IMG/VR virus record: IMGVR_UViG_3300048838_001413
Coordinates: 4,836 to 68,835 of that record
From: a virus
Direction: 5' to 3' (one strand)
DNA length: 64,000 bases
Below the pieces are notes generated by a model, which saw only the letters and a list, made by a program, of their open reading frames with translations, was not told where the DNA came from and searched no databases. This document shows, one piece after another, positions 37,314 through 48,016 of this stretch; within the stretch, counting starts at the first letter, position 1; the number at the start of each line of letters is the position of its first letter. A program made the position numbers and the translations under genes.

Positions 37314-37701
37314 CAATCACCTCCGGTTCAACGATCTCGAGATCTTCCATTTCAGCATATTCATTATTTAATCGTGCATGTTCGTTAAAACAAGCGTTGG
37401 CCTCTGTTGGCCCGGCTACATGCTTTTTCCACATCTCAAACATTGCTTTTTCGTATTGTTCATCAGCGTGAAGCATGTAACCGTGTTTTACGCCTTTTGA
37501 ATAAGCAATCTTTATCCGGTGCGAAATGATTCTTTTATGAGAATTTTCGCGCTGTGTTTTTTCAAGTTGTGCTTGGGATTTTGAAAGCTGAACTGCATAT
37601 CGTTCCGCAATTTTGATGATGTCGCTGCGCGATATGGAAAGATACTGGTTATCCTTACCGGTAACTTCGCGAATTATTCCGTTGAGCAGCGGCTTTGACA
37701 T
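37288..37701 (-). CDS. Hypothetical protein (start MSKPLL)
   Basis: ORF at the end of the tail operon. Confidence 0.6.
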   Translation of the reverse strand: MSKPLLNGIIREVTGKDNQYLSISRSDIIKIAERYAVQLSKSQAQLEKTQRENSHKRIISHRIKIAYSKGVKHGYMLHADEQYEKAMFEMWKKHVAGPTEANACFNEHARLNNEYAEMEDLEIVEPEVIVTSSGSAY

Positions 37702-37703
37702 CT

Positions 37704-37919
37704 TCAGAAGTAAGTATGCACCTGAACATTTTTGAACAAGATCCCATCCACCCACAGCGCGATTACCAACAATGCCGCGAGCGCAAGCATTATGATTGTT
37801 GACCAGTTTAAAAACTTTTTGCTGAGCCAGGGCTTTTTAAGCCAGTATAGCACACTGCTTACTAAGAACACCAGTGCAAAAACTGCAAATGCAATACTGA
37901 TTACGGTTGTTGCGGTCAT
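37704..37919 (-). CDS. Two-TM small membrane protein
   Basis: Two hydrophobic helices. Confidence 0.6.
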   Translation of the reverse strand: MTATTVISIAFAVFALVFLVSSVLYWLKKPWLSKKFLNWSTIIMLALAALLVIALWVDGILFKNVQVHTYF

Positions 37920-37948
37920 TGTTTGTGTATGAATTTTACAAAGTTGAA

Positions 37949-38353
37949 CTAAACTGCTTTTGTTTCAATATAGATTGCGCCTCCTGAGCCATCAATTAAT
38001 GCCTGATGTTCGGATTCGATATAATTGCAATATATCAGCACTTCGCTATCTCGTTGTTCCATTTGCAGTTTTCTGACCACTGCCAGATCGAATAACAAAG
38101 CGGGATAAACTGTTACAATTGATTCAGGTGCAACGATGCGGAATTGGCAATCATCGTGATGCCAATCATTTATGGGCATTGATGGCATTACCCATTCACC
38201 GTTTATAAGTTGCTTGCCGATTGCGTAAAAGCCGGATTCATCGGGTATAATTTCATCGTGCGGAAATGGATAGGATGGAGTTCCTTCATCCCATATCATA
38301 CGTGTGATTACCTCGTTGTTGTATATTACTGCGTATTTCATGTTACCCTCCAT
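37949..38353 (-). CDS. Putative tail fibre assembly protein
   Basis: Follows the Gly-rich fibre gene; KYAVIYNNEV...IGKQLINGEW. Confidence 0.55.
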   Translation of the reverse strand: MEGNMKYAVIYNNEVITRMIWDEGTPSYPFPHDEIIPDESGFYAIGKQLINGEWVMPSMPINDWHHDDCQFRIVAPESIVTVYPALLFDLAVVRKLQMEQRDSEVLIYCNYIESEHQALIDGSGGAIYIETKAV

Positions 38354-39680
38354 ATATTTCCATTACAATACAAAGTCCATCAGCACCATCACCACCATTG
38401 CCACCTGAGTAGCCGTTTGTTGAAGCTGCACCGCCTCCGCCTCCGCCTCCGTAATTACCTCCGTTACCTCCGTTGCCTGAGTTGGCTGCTGATGCGCTGC
38501 CGCCTCCCGACCCTGACGTACCGTAGCCATGCGTGGTTGCAAATAATCCGTAGGCTTGTAGTAATTGATCGCCCCAATTATCAACACCGTTATTCCCACC
38601 GCCTCCTCCTGCTGTTCCAAATAATATTGCTGCGCTTTGGGCATCCGAAGCGTTGTACATTCGTGCCCCTACTCCGCCATTCCTTTGCGTATTTGAAGCG
38701 TCGAGCCCACCCCCCCCTGATCCACCAAAATACCCAAACCCGGTAGTTTTTAATACAGTTGAAATCGTTCCTCCTCCTACTCCTCCTGTTGGATTTGCTG
38801 ATGCGCCGCTGTAATAAGCTATCGGGTGAATAGAATAAAATTCTTGCGGAGGAATTTGATTAGCAGTTGATAGAGGTGCGCTTACTTCTCCACCTGAAGT
38901 AATCCCGCCTCCTTTACCGTTACTTCCTCCAAGTGCTTTGCATAGTATCCCAAATGTGGTATCTCCCCCAGCATTTCCATTACCCCCATCAGTATTATCT
39001 GCCGATATTGTACCGCCTGATCCAGCAGAACCGACAGTAATAGTTTCAGTATCGCCCAACTGACTTGCTAATATTAATCTTTTTATAATAATGCCTGCAC
39101 CGCCTCCGCCGCCACCCCTTCTAACTGTTCCTGCTGCGCCCCTTCTGCCTGCGCCACCGCCTGCACCTGCACCAATACAAACCACCACTATAGCATAAAG
39201 CCCCGTAGGTTTAGTCCAAGTCGCACCGGATGTATAATATCGCACTATCGGGTCGGTGCCGCCGCCGCCGGATTCAACCGTTCCTGTTACGCCAAGAATA
39301 ATAATATCTTTTTTGATATTTGCAGCGATAATCTTAGCCTGTTCGGTTGCAGAAATCTTTACAACGCCACTTCCTGAGTGTTTCCCGGATGCGATGGTTA
39401 CTTCCTGAGCAACGGTTGTTATGTCGGTTGAAACAGTACCCCGATCAACCATTGTTCCTGTTTTACGGGGTGTTGTGCCTGCATAAAAGGTTTTTGAAGC
39501 GACAACATCGCCAACGGCTGCATCGGCATCGGATATATCAGTACCGGCAGGAATGCTTGCAATAAGGGTGTCGTATTCGTCAAGTTTGGTTGTTCCGACT
39601 GTCACACCTTTAGCCTCTAAAGCTGTTTTCATGTCAGCTTTGGCAGTTTGAAGTCTTGTTATTTCGCTGGCTATACTCAT
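38343..39680 (-). CDS. Glycine-rich tail fibre protein
   Basis: SIASEITRLQTAK N-terminus; TWTKPTG...IGAGAGGG Gly-rich domain. Confidence 0.75.
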   Translation of the reverse strand: MSIASEITRLQTAKADMKTALEAKGVTVGTTKLDEYDTLIASIPAGTDISDADAAVGDVVASKTFYAGTTPRKTGTMVDRGTVSTDITTVAQEVTIASGKHSGSGVVKISATEQAKIIAANIKKDIIILGVTGTVESGGGGTDPIVRYYTSGATWTKPTGLYAIVVVCIGAGAGGGAGRRGAAGTVRRGGGGGGAGIIIKRLILASQLGDTETITVGSAGSGGTISADNTDGGNGNAGGDTTFGILCKALGGSNGKGGGITSGGEVSAPLSTANQIPPQEFYSIHPIAYYSGASANPTGGVGGGTISTVLKTTGFGYFGGSGGGGLDASNTQRNGGVGARMYNASDAQSAAILFGTAGGGGGNNGVDNWGDQLLQAYGLFATTHGYGTSGSGGGSASAANSGNGGNGGNYGGGGGGGAASTNGYSGGNGGDGADGLCIVMEIYGG

Positions 39681-39883
39681 AAGGCTGCTAATAAGGTTTC
39701 GATGTCACCTAAATCTGCTTCGTTTGGCATGGTTGTGTAAGTGTTTACACCCGTACCGACGGCGATTCTTTGTTCATCAGTAATCCAATAGGGTTCAGCC
39801 TCAAATAAGTCGTTGGCTGTTTTCTGCGCTTCGAGGTTTGCCCTCGTTGTGCGAAGAAGCTGAATTCTTATTTTCCTGGCCAT
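39677..39883 (-). CDS. Small tail-associated protein
   Basis: IQLLRTT...EPYWITDEQRIAVG, similar to the N-terminus of the neighbour. Confidence 0.6.
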   Translation of the reverse strand: MARKIRIQLLRTTRANLEAQKTANDLFEAEPYWITDEQRIAVGTGVNTYTTMPNEADLGDIETLLAAL

Positions 39884-39893
39884 CGAAATTTAA

Positions 39894-40478
39894 TTAGAAA
39901 GTTCCACCATCAACGGTTGTAACCCATGTTGGATTTTGGCCTGCGCCACCTGTTTGAAGAAATGCGCCAGCAGTACCGGCAGCAAGTCGGGCATAAGCAC
40001 TTGCCCCGCGATACATGATGTCGCCCTGCGCTTCAGAAGCAAATGAAAGCGCTACGGTAACATAGGCATTTGCAGCACCAGCAACCATTTTCAGTCCGGC
40101 TGCATCAACACGCAAAACTCCATTCGATCCGTTTGATCCTAAATAATCGGCTGTAGCTCCGGCAGCTGCGGCTACTTTTTCATCAGAGCTGCCCGGAGGG
40201 ATGTTCAGCGCAGATTTAAAATCGCTGAATGCCACTTTCTTTTGCCTTGGTGCATTGGCGGCCACGCTGGTGTCGCTGATTAACAAAAGATCATCATCAG
40301 CAATTACTCCGATGGCATCCAGAGGCGCAAGGTCGGTTTTTACGGGAACTTTGGTTTCAGCTCCGGTACCAAAGTACAATTCCTGGGTGTCGGTACAAAA
40401 AAGAGGTTCGCCACTTTCCATTCCGGAAGTGGGAAGCGCTGCTTTTGTTCCTTGTCTGACTTTAATTTTTACTGACAT
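39894..40478 (-). CDS. Tail fibre-type protein with a hyaluronidase/Mtd-like N-terminal domain
   Basis: KIKVRQGT...GEPLFCTDTQELYFG; ends DGGTF. Confidence 0.65.
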   Translation of the reverse strand: MSVKIKVRQGTKAALPTSGMESGEPLFCTDTQELYFGTGAETKVPVKTDLAPLDAIGVIADDDLLLISDTSVAANAPRQKKVAFSDFKSALNIPPGSSDEKVAAAAGATADYLGSNGSNGVLRVDAAGLKMVAGAANAYVTVALSFASEAQGDIMYRGASAYARLAAGTAGAFLQTGGAGQNPTWVTTVDGGTF

Positions 40479-40503
40479 TTTGATTGGTTTTTATTGGTGA
40501 TTA

Positions 40504-40767
40504 TTAAGGTTGAAAAAGCCCTCCGAATATTACTCCGGTCAGGTGTTCTGCATTTACTTGTTTTGCGTCTTTTGGTTTGATTGTGGTTAAAGTGTCAGCC
40601 TCCCAAAGAGTATCGCCCGATGGTCCGGGTAGTCCTTGTGGTCCAACTTCTAATCCCATCTGCACCGCCTGTAAATGAATAGGTTCTTCAATCTTAACAG
40701 ATTGAAGATTTATGGCCGGTTCAACGCGCACATTTAATGGAATAGGAATGTCAACACCTTCGCTCAT
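40504..40767 (-). CDS. Small tail-associated protein with a short collagen-like stretch
   Basis: GPQGLPGPSG. Confidence 0.6.
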   Translation of the reverse strand: MSEGVDIPIPLNVRVEPAINLQSVKIEEPIHLQAVQMGLEVGPQGLPGPSGDTLWEADTLTTIKPKDAKQVNAEHLTGVIFGGLFQP

Positions 40768-41084
40768 TTTATCAGTTCTTTTGTGATTGTGAAGGTGCCT
40801 GCCAGTATAGTGATTGGACCTTGCTGGTTAACAACTTCAACCTCGTAGTTGTGACTTCCTGCCTTTCCCTTTGTATCAACAGGCAGCAGAGGAATGGTAA
40901 TTGTTTGAGCCTCGATTGTTAAACCAGCCGGGTTTTTTATGAGTATCCTTCCGGCTTTATCAGTTACGCGAAAGTTAACGGTACGGCCAGTCATATTAAG
41001 CGCTTCAGGCACAATGATTACAATATCGGCGATATCGCCGGCCTGTCGCGTGAGATTGATGTTAGCTTTTAAATAAGTTGGCAT
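40764..41084 (-). CDS. Ig/BppU-like tail protein (start MPTYLKA)
   Basis: Beta-rich; ATG follows a late promoter motif. Confidence 0.55.
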   Translation of the reverse strand: MPTYLKANINLTRQAGDIADIVIIVPEALNMTGRTVNFRVTDKAGRILIKNPAGLTIEAQTITIPLLPVDTKGKAGSHNYEVEVVNQQGPITILAGTFTITKELIK

Positions 41085-41102
41085 ACCGGTGTGTTTTTCG
41101 TG

Positions 41103-41139
41103 CAAATATATTATTACAGGCATGAGAAATAAAAGGACA
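41103..41139 (-). promoter_or_regulatory. Late promoter motif
   Basis: TGTCCTTT-N21-TATATTTG. Confidence 0.7.
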
Positions 41140-41154
41140 GATTAAAGCTTGCGT

Positions 41155-43245
41155 TTATTCAAAATTCCAGCCGGTGTTATTCCCTGAGTTGGTTGAGTTT
41201 CGTGCTATCCATGCGCTGTTTACATTAATGCCCATGATGCGCCTGATGCTTGCCTTTGCAATGCCGGCAGCTTTGTTTATTGATGCCCAGGTTTTGCCGA
41301 GGAAGGTTTTGATGCGGGGAGATCCGGTGACGCTTGACCAGGATATATTGCAGTATTCGACTGTGAAATCGTTTGTAGAAAGGTTGACGATCTTATGCTG
41401 AGCGGCTGTCATGCTTGTAATTGTGATCGGTAAAAGTTCTGTTCCGTTCGCCGTAAGGTTATATAATTCATTTGTACCCATTTCCGAAAAGCGCACTCTT
41501 TTGCCTGCATCTATAATTAAACTGTTTATTCTTGTCTTTACTAAGGTGCCAAGACTGCTTATTTCAGTAAAGCCTGTGTTAGATCCTTCAAATATCAAAA
41601 TATTAAGCTGTAGTGTGGTAGAATTAAAATAATTAGTTGCGTTAGCGACGCTTGATGAAGGTGATATTCGAATTGTTGATGTACCACATTCAACTCCGTT
41701 TCCGGAAATATATAGAGCAATACCATAAGCACAGGTTAATGTTAGTGTACCGCTACGTAAAAAAAACGCCCTTCCAAAGTAGTTTAACTGTCCTGCAATT
41801 AAATTATAATCATTCATATCAATCCCGCCAAGTGTATTAGCAAGAAATTGGATGCTGTTTGAACAAGTAACATCTGAAAGGAAAATAAGATTTACATTAT
41901 AATTAGCCACGGTTATTGCTTTAATATCAACCCCGCTTGTATTCAAATAAGTGTTAATTCTGCTGTAGAAGTAAATAGAAAAAGTTGAACTTGTAAAGTC
42001 TAAAAGAGAACTTAAATAAATGGAACCGAAGACAATAAACCTAAAGTGATTTGAGGACCCTGTGGCAATATTTAAGTTATAAGTAATTGCCGAACAATCA
42101 AAATCAGTGCATGTTGACGTTGAATCGTAATTAATATCAGTAATCCCAAGTAAACTATTTTCGTCAATTATAACATTATCGTGGCAAAGAGGGTAATAAT
42201 TACCTGTTCCGCTTCCACCCGTTGCTGAAAACCATTTTGAAGTATCTGACCAGTTGCCCCCTGCACCATACCAATAGCAAGTTTTGCTCGCTGAAAATAA
42301 AATTCCCGAATTGTTGCCTGCGTTTCCTATACCGCCTGTTACTGCTGACAAATCCCAACTTGCACTACCTGCTCCAGTTATATTCATAAAGTCAGCATAC
42401 CGGATATTATTACTGTTAGATGTAATTGTTCTCCTTGTATTTATTGCAGATGAACGTATCCAGGTTCTTCTTTTGTTGCTTAACCCATCAACAGTAAATA
42501 AATTTAGAATATTGATGTTAGCTGATAATTCAACAGATTTCCAACCATCAGAATCATGACTTTCTATTATTAAATTATAAAATGTTGTAGCCCCTGAAAT
42601 TTCGGCTATACCGCTCCTTATTTTAATAGTGCCTGTGTTGTAATTAAATGTAAAATTTATAGAATTTGAATTTTGCCACCTGAATACGCTTATTGTTCCG
42701 GACCCTAAAGTAAGCGTTTTTGTTCCTGCAGCTGTAACTATTGTATTGAGTATAATTGTATAATTATTAACATTTAATTCGCCATTGAATAATGTAATTG
42801 AAGCTGTTGTTGATTGAAAGTTATTTAATAGGGTCCAACTGCCTCCAACTCCATTAAAATGGATAGCACTGAATGAAAGAACAGCAGGGATATTGATAGT
42901 TTCCGCTGATGTTGAACGAAAAATAATTTGAGAAGTGCTTGACCAATTCAATATTACGCTTCCTGGTATATCAATTGAACCATAAATGTTTAACTTTTTA
43001 TTGTTAGATGAATTATTAAATGTTAAAACCTTTGATGTTAAACCGGAAGTATCAAAATCATGACAATTACCATCAACATTAAGGCTTATTGTAAAGTTTG
43101 TTGTATGACTATTATTGTCGATATACACATCATCCGCACTCGTCGGCAAAAATCCCGCGCCTGGTGATCCGCCAGAAGAATCTGACCAATGGTTCGTAGC
43201 ATCGCTCCAGTTTCCTGTACCTCCAACCCAATATCTTGCTGCCAT
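41155..43245 (-). CDS. Putative tail spike / beta-helix receptor-binding protein
   Basis: Duplicated YW.G..GNWSD...W motif; Asn/Ser/Thr/Ile-rich; low GC. Confidence 0.6.
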   Translation of the reverse strand: MAARYWVGGTGNWSDATNHWSDSSGGSPGAGFLPTSADDVYIDNNSHTTNFTISLNVDGNCHDFDTSGLTSKVLTFNNSSNNKKLNIYGSIDIPGSVILNWSSTSQIIFRSTSAETINIPAVLSFSAIHFNGVGGSWTLLNNFQSTTASITLFNGELNVNNYTIILNTIVTAAGTKTLTLGSGTISVFRWQNSNSINFTFNYNTGTIKIRSGIAEISGATTFYNLIIESHDSDGWKSVELSANINILNLFTVDGLSNKRRTWIRSSAINTRRTITSNSNNIRYADFMNITGAGSASWDLSAVTGGIGNAGNNSGILFSASKTCYWYGAGGNWSDTSKWFSATGGSGTGNYYPLCHDNVIIDENSLLGITDINYDSTSTCTDFDCSAITYNLNIATGSSNHFRFIVFGSIYLSSLLDFTSSTFSIYFYSRINTYLNTSGVDIKAITVANYNVNLIFLSDVTCSNSIQFLANTLGGIDMNDYNLIAGQLNYFGRAFFLRSGTLTLTCAYGIALYISGNGVECGTSTIRISPSSSVANATNYFNSTTLQLNILIFEGSNTGFTEISSLGTLVKTRINSLIIDAGKRVRFSEMGTNELYNLTANGTELLPITITSMTAAQHKIVNLSTNDFTVEYCNISWSSVTGSPRIKTFLGKTWASINKAAGIAKASIRRIMGINVNSAWIARNSTNSGNNTGWNFE

Positions 43246-43246
43246 A

Positions 43247-44494
43247 TTACAAAAGTTCTACCTGAACCAGTTCGGGCTTGAAATAAATATGCGTTGCGCT
43301 TATTGCGAGGCCAAGCAGCTGACCCACATCGTTTGATCCGGATACCAGTGTTTGAGTAAATGCGCCGGATGAAGTGCTCAGGTAAACCGGAGCTCCGACT
43401 GTTAAACCGGTTAATCCGGCTATAACTCCTATGAGCAGAAATTCTCCCGAGGCATCAGCCGCCGTTGTTGCAACAGAAACGGCAAAAGCAAAAGAAGTTG
43501 CGACTGCATCGGCATCTGCTTTGTAGAGTTTACCTGCATTCATGTAACAAACATCGCCGGGTGCAAGGTTTTCGCCTGCTGTAAACATTGCCGTAAATCC
43601 CTGAAAGGTAAGTGTGCTGGTATCGAGCAAAAGGCTGGCACCGCCTCCGGAGGGAGTTTGCCATTCGGTGTCCCAATCGTCGGCACTCTTTTTCGCAAGT
43701 ACCTGGTTTATGGTACCGCCAGCCGGGACTTGATGAATTATCGAGGTGGTAAGCCGTTCACGCCAAAATCCATTAAAATCGGCTTCAACCGGTTTAGCAA
43801 TTTCTTCATGAGTTATGAGAATTGCTTCATATGCCGCCGTTAAATTTGGAACTAAAGTAAACGCATCGCCAGGTGCATCGCGCCAGGCAATGTAACAATA
43901 ATGGCCAAGAGCACCAGCTGTGGCATCTTCGCCAATGTATTTCACCCAAAGCCCGGTAAAATTACCTGCAGCCGGAGCCGGAATTTCGGTATCGGTTGTA
44001 AGTACTGCAATGTATTTCAGCGCAGCATCAGGCGTTAATGAAAAATCAGTTCCCTCATCATCGGAAGCGTAAGCGATATAAAGATATGCGCTGTCGCCAT
44101 CCTCACCAGCCGCCTGAACGCCTGTGTCCGTTTCGCCTATCCACCAGTTGCCGTTTGGCCCGATAAATGGGGTTTCTCCGTCAAGCCCTTCAGGAAGATC
44201 GACGAGTTCGATGGCGCCGGTTTCGGCATTGGTGTGGAGCCATTTATTGCGTTTTGCAAGGGGTACCGATGGGTGGTCGAGTGGTTCGTCGATTTGGTGG
44301 GCGCGCTGGTGCGATTGTACCGGCGGAACAGATCCACCACCGAGGCAGATAATCTGTTCGGTGCCATCGAGCAGAATCCTTTTGCTGAACCACAGTCCAT
44401 CGACTTCGTTGTGCACAAGGGTTTCGGTGTCAATTTGATTGACGGTTGGGATTGCCCCCTGAACTCTTGTCCGTTTTATTTTCAGATAAGCCAT
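43247..44494 (-). CDS. Tail fibre-like structural protein
   Basis: PFIGPNGNWWIGETDTG and YLYIAYASD motifs. Confidence 0.65.
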   Translation of the reverse strand: MAYLKIKRTRVQGAIPTVNQIDTETLVHNEVDGLWFSKRILLDGTEQIICLGGGSVPPVQSHQRAHQIDEPLDHPSVPLAKRNKWLHTNAETGAIELVDLPEGLDGETPFIGPNGNWWIGETDTGVQAAGEDGDSAYLYIAYASDDEGTDFSLTPDAALKYIAVLTTDTEIPAPAAGNFTGLWVKYIGEDATAGALGHYCYIAWRDAPGDAFTLVPNLTAAYEAILITHEEIAKPVEADFNGFWRERLTTSIIHQVPAGGTINQVLAKKSADDWDTEWQTPSGGGASLLLDTSTLTFQGFTAMFTAGENLAPGDVCYMNAGKLYKADADAVATSFAFAVSVATTAADASGEFLLIGVIAGLTGLTVGAPVYLSTSSGAFTQTLVSGSNDVGQLLGLAISATHIYFKPELVQVELL

Positions 44495-45675
44495 CAGGAA
44501 GCGGTTTCGATTTTATGTATGGGCAGGTAATTGTAAGTAAACTGAAAATAGTACATTCCCTGGCGGTCGGTTTTGCGGATGATCTGCTGCTTAGGGAAGC
44601 CGATGGGGTAAAGTTTGCCGCTGATGATTTCGTAAGCATCGTCAGACTCGAAGAATTGCGGCATAGCTGCCATAGTTTCGGCAGAAACGAAACCTGAGTT
44701 ACATTCCACAGTTTCCTCGTAAGCGGTTCTTATGGTTTTGCGTGCATTGCCCTGAATTCCATACCAGGGTAAAACGGTAATAATTTCGGGTTCGTAATCG
44801 CCTGACTGCTGTGTTTTTCCGGTAGCCACAAAAGTATCGTATCCGCCCAGGGAATTGCGGAAAATAAATTCGCGGCGCTGAGGGTAATTTGTTTCGTCGA
44901 GGATGTAGGTGTGTTTTGAGCTTACTGCAACAGTTGGACTCTTACCGATTTCAACGTCATAGCTTTCGAGTGTTTCGTCGGGATAGTTGGCTGCCATGTA
45001 GGCATCGAGGCCAAGTGCGTTATGACCGACATGAAATTCGACAACGTGGTATGGCCTGCCAACTGGTCCAATCGGGCTTCCCATCGGTGTGCGTGTAACA
45101 CGTGTGCCGCTTTTGAATTTAAGGGTAACGAGCATATACAGGCTATCCCCTTCTTCAGGCCAGTAATAGCAAAAGAAAAGTTTTTCGGTTTGCGCTTTGC
45201 TGACGTAGTGAGTAGATGGCCAGAACGTTAAAAAATTATGGGTAGTTGTAAGATAATTGAGGAAGGATGTGTAATTGCGATAGAACCAGGTGTGCAGATA
45301 TGCCGGAATACGGCCATAAACGACGTAGTATTCCTGTACATCGATTTGTGTATCTTCGATTGGCGGAGCTCCGTAAAATTCCTCGAAGGTAAGTCCGAAA
45401 ATGGCAAAGTTACCGGTAGCGTATCGGGGGATATCTCCATCGGGGAAGAGGAAAACAGGGTTTAGTATAGATTTAAAGTATTCGCTGATTTCAAAAGCAC
45501 AAATACCAGCAGAATCGGCGGGAGCGCTATCTTGTCCGATAGTCGCCTGCCCCTGCTTAATTGTGACATCAACCCTGAGATTATCTTCGGTTGTTTCGTC
45601 GCTCTGAAGCCGCCATATTGAAGGGTTGTGGCTGAGTCCGAGCGCGGGAGGTTGAGATATTAGAGTCAATGCCAT
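44494..45675 (-). CDS. Minor tail protein (start MALTLIS)
   Basis: FRNSLGGYDTF motif; follows a late promoter motif. Confidence 0.65.
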   Translation of the reverse strand: MALTLISQPPALGLSHNPSIWRLQSDETTEDNLRVDVTIKQGQATIGQDSAPADSAGICAFEISEYFKSILNPVFLFPDGDIPRYATGNFAIFGLTFEEFYGAPPIEDTQIDVQEYYVVYGRIPAYLHTWFYRNYTSFLNYLTTTHNFLTFWPSTHYVSKAQTEKLFFCYYWPEEGDSLYMLVTLKFKSGTRVTRTPMGSPIGPVGRPYHVVEFHVGHNALGLDAYMAANYPDETLESYDVEIGKSPTVAVSSKHTYILDETNYPQRREFIFRNSLGGYDTFVATGKTQQSGDYEPEIITVLPWYGIQGNARKTIRTAYEETVECNSGFVSAETMAAMPQFFESDDAYEIISGKLYPIGFPKQQIIRKTDRQGMYYFQFTYNYLPIHKIETAS

Positions 45676-45698
45676 AATGTAAAACTTTAAAAACGTGA

Positions 45699-45734
45699 CG
45701 AAAATAGAAGCGCGAAATGATAAAAAAAAGGACA
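45699..45734 (-). promoter_or_regulatory. Late promoter motif
   Basis: TGTCCTTT-N20-TATTTTCG. Confidence 0.65.
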
Positions 45735-45754
45735 GACAGCAAAGCCGGTTAAGT

Positions 45755-48004
45755 TCAGGAATCAGGATCCATATTTCGCCTGACCGCGATAATTTCGGAA
45801 GTTGAGATATGATCTTCACGGATATTGAACCGGACCTCTTTTAAAAGGAAGTCCACGCCGTGAACCCGGTGCCATTCAAAAAAGTCGAGCTGAGCAATTT
45901 CGAGGGGTGTTAATTGTTTATTAATGATAAAATCGCCGGGGCTTTTCAGTACAAAATCGACGAATCGTTTCAGTTTATTGTTGAAGATTCCGTAAACAGA
46001 TTCGAGGCGGAGTCCCTGATCGGTAATTCTATTGCCGGCATAATCGTAAACATCGTTTGATGCGAAAGGGTAGTTATCGCCGTTGCTATCGAGGTATCTG
46101 CCCCAATAGAAGAGTAGAGCCTGTAAATGATCGCCACGGTAAGCTTCGGGCAATTGCTTGAAATTGCCGGCATGGTGTACCAAAGGCACATGCCAGTCGC
46201 GCATAGGAGCGCTGATTGTTTTGTCGCCGTTTCCATCGATGGGATGCCAATAGTCCATGAGGACGGTATTGAGTTTATTTTCGATGGTAAACGGTTCGTT
46301 TTCGGAATTTTCGTCGATGTCTTTTACCTCGAGGGCGAAGTCGAAGCTATGGAAAACCCAGTTGAGGACGCCCATTTCGGGGTCGTAGTTCCAGACATAC
46401 CAGGCGTGTCGTGTTGTGACATAATAGCAGTCGTTTATTTGCGGATCGGTGATTCCGCTGAGATCATTTATTATGGTCACAGAGCCTTTAATGGTAAGCC
46501 CGTCGAGGGTTTTAACATACTTTTTCAGGTAGTCGCAATCCACGGGGGTATATTTGACAGAATACCCGCTGTAAGATTTATTCTGCAGCAGCGGTTTTCC
46601 GATCACATTGTCGGAGAATTCGATGGCTCCGGGTTTGGTGATGATATCGTCGATAAACTGAAATTCGATTTTGCGCCGGGTAGAATCCACTTTGAAAGTA
46701 AGCCCGAGCGCCATAGTTATGTTTTTGAGGAAATCAGAAAGGGGTTCCTCGGGCATACATTCGTTGAGGGTGATGGGGGTGTTTTCGTAAAAGTAATTGT
46801 TGATGAAGTAATTGTGAACGTACACAAGCTGCCTGAGCTCGTTTGTGGTGAAAACGTTGTTGATGATGTTATAGCCTATGTGTGCAAAAAGAGATTTAAT
46901 CATATAGGCCACGTATGGGAAAGGAGAGAACAGGTTGAGCAAAGCGTACCATATACCCTGGTTCTGACCCATGATTACATACGGAAACTTGCCGTTGATG
47001 TAGTAATTGATATAAGGGGCGAATTTGCCGTAATATTCCTGCAGGTCGGAGAAGTCGATCTGATACAGGCTTTCGGGGATATTGCCGAGGATGGTTGGGT
47101 TATTAACCGGAAAAACGGTGTAATTGTGATCGGGGTAAGCGTATGAAATTTCGGGCTGGAAAGGAGTAGAGCCATCGTCGATAACAATGGTAGATCCACC
47201 CATAATTGACATAATCACGTATTGAAAACCATAGCCCTGCACGGAATAGGCGGCCACGCAAAAGGTAAGGAAATCGCCCTGGTTAAAAGTCCATGTATGG
47301 TCATATCCATGGCTATCTGATTCAATGACATCCTGTTTTATCCGGATTCCGTTTTTATAAATTTCGAAAACTCTGGCGGTACCGGCGGGGAAAGTTTCGC
47401 CGAGCATGGTAATGGTACCGAATTTTGAATTGATAACCGCTTTAATGTTAAAATCGCCATCGTAGGGGATAGTCCATTGAAAGTTTGTCATGTTGAGGCA
47501 ATTGAGGGTATCAATACGCCTGGCATCGGGTTGAATCCAAATATTTTCGATAAAGAAGTCAGGTTTTTCGAAGAAGAAATTCTGATCGATTGAGAATTGC
47601 GAATATGAGATTTTGGGTTCAAAAGTAACCTGTTGATCGAGGTTAAGGTCTTTAAGGGTAGAATTTTTGAGTACCCGGGCAATATCTCCGGTATCGACCG
47701 GCATACTGATTTCGATTGACTCTTCAGACATTTCGGTGACAGTGGCCGTGCCTGAATAGAACAAAGGACCGAAGCGAAGTTCGAAAGGTTTTTGAACGGA
47801 TTGTTTGCCTTTGCGTGCCGGGCGATGGCCGAAGCTGAGTTCTGATTTCAGTTCGTTGGTAAAGGGTAGCGTAAAGTTAAAAATAAAGCTTCCCGGGATA
47901 TTGTTTTCGGTGGTTTGAAATATAGGCGAACGCAGCACCACGGGAATATCGGCTCCGCTGGTTGACACGTTTACAGAACCCAATTTAAGACTAAGGCGAA
48001 TCAT
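45755..48004 (-). CDS. Minor tail / baseplate hub protein
   Basis: 749 aa directly after the tape measure gene. Confidence 0.65.
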   Translation of the reverse strand: MIRLSLKLGSVNVSTSGADIPVVLRSPIFQTTENNIPGSFIFNFTLPFTNELKSELSFGHRPARKGKQSVQKPFELRFGPLFYSGTATVTEMSEESIEISMPVDTGDIARVLKNSTLKDLNLDQQVTFEPKISYSQFSIDQNFFFEKPDFFIENIWIQPDARRIDTLNCLNMTNFQWTIPYDGDFNIKAVINSKFGTITMLGETFPAGTARVFEIYKNGIRIKQDVIESDSHGYDHTWTFNQGDFLTFCVAAYSVQGYGFQYVIMSIMGGSTIVIDDGSTPFQPEISYAYPDHNYTVFPVNNPTILGNIPESLYQIDFSDLQEYYGKFAPYINYYINGKFPYVIMGQNQGIWYALLNLFSPFPYVAYMIKSLFAHIGYNIINNVFTTNELRQLVYVHNYFINNYFYENTPITLNECMPEEPLSDFLKNITMALGLTFKVDSTRRKIEFQFIDDIITKPGAIEFSDNVIGKPLLQNKSYSGYSVKYTPVDCDYLKKYVKTLDGLTIKGSVTIINDLSGITDPQINDCYYVTTRHAWYVWNYDPEMGVLNWVFHSFDFALEVKDIDENSENEPFTIENKLNTVLMDYWHPIDGNGDKTISAPMRDWHVPLVHHAGNFKQLPEAYRGDHLQALLFYWGRYLDSNGDNYPFASNDVYDYAGNRITDQGLRLESVYGIFNNKLKRFVDFVLKSPGDFIINKQLTPLEIAQLDFFEWHRVHGVDFLLKEVRFNIREDHISTSEIIAVRRNMDPDS

Positions 48005-48016
48005 AGGGATCAGTTG

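Noticed and set aside
38343-44494. Diversity-generating retroelement acting on tail fibres
   Set aside because: No reverse transcriptase and no TR/VR repeat pair seen in the window
46127-47146. Long + strand ORFs antisense to phage genes (also 6261..7208 and many shorter ones)
   Set aside because: Shadow frames of well-supported minus-strand genes
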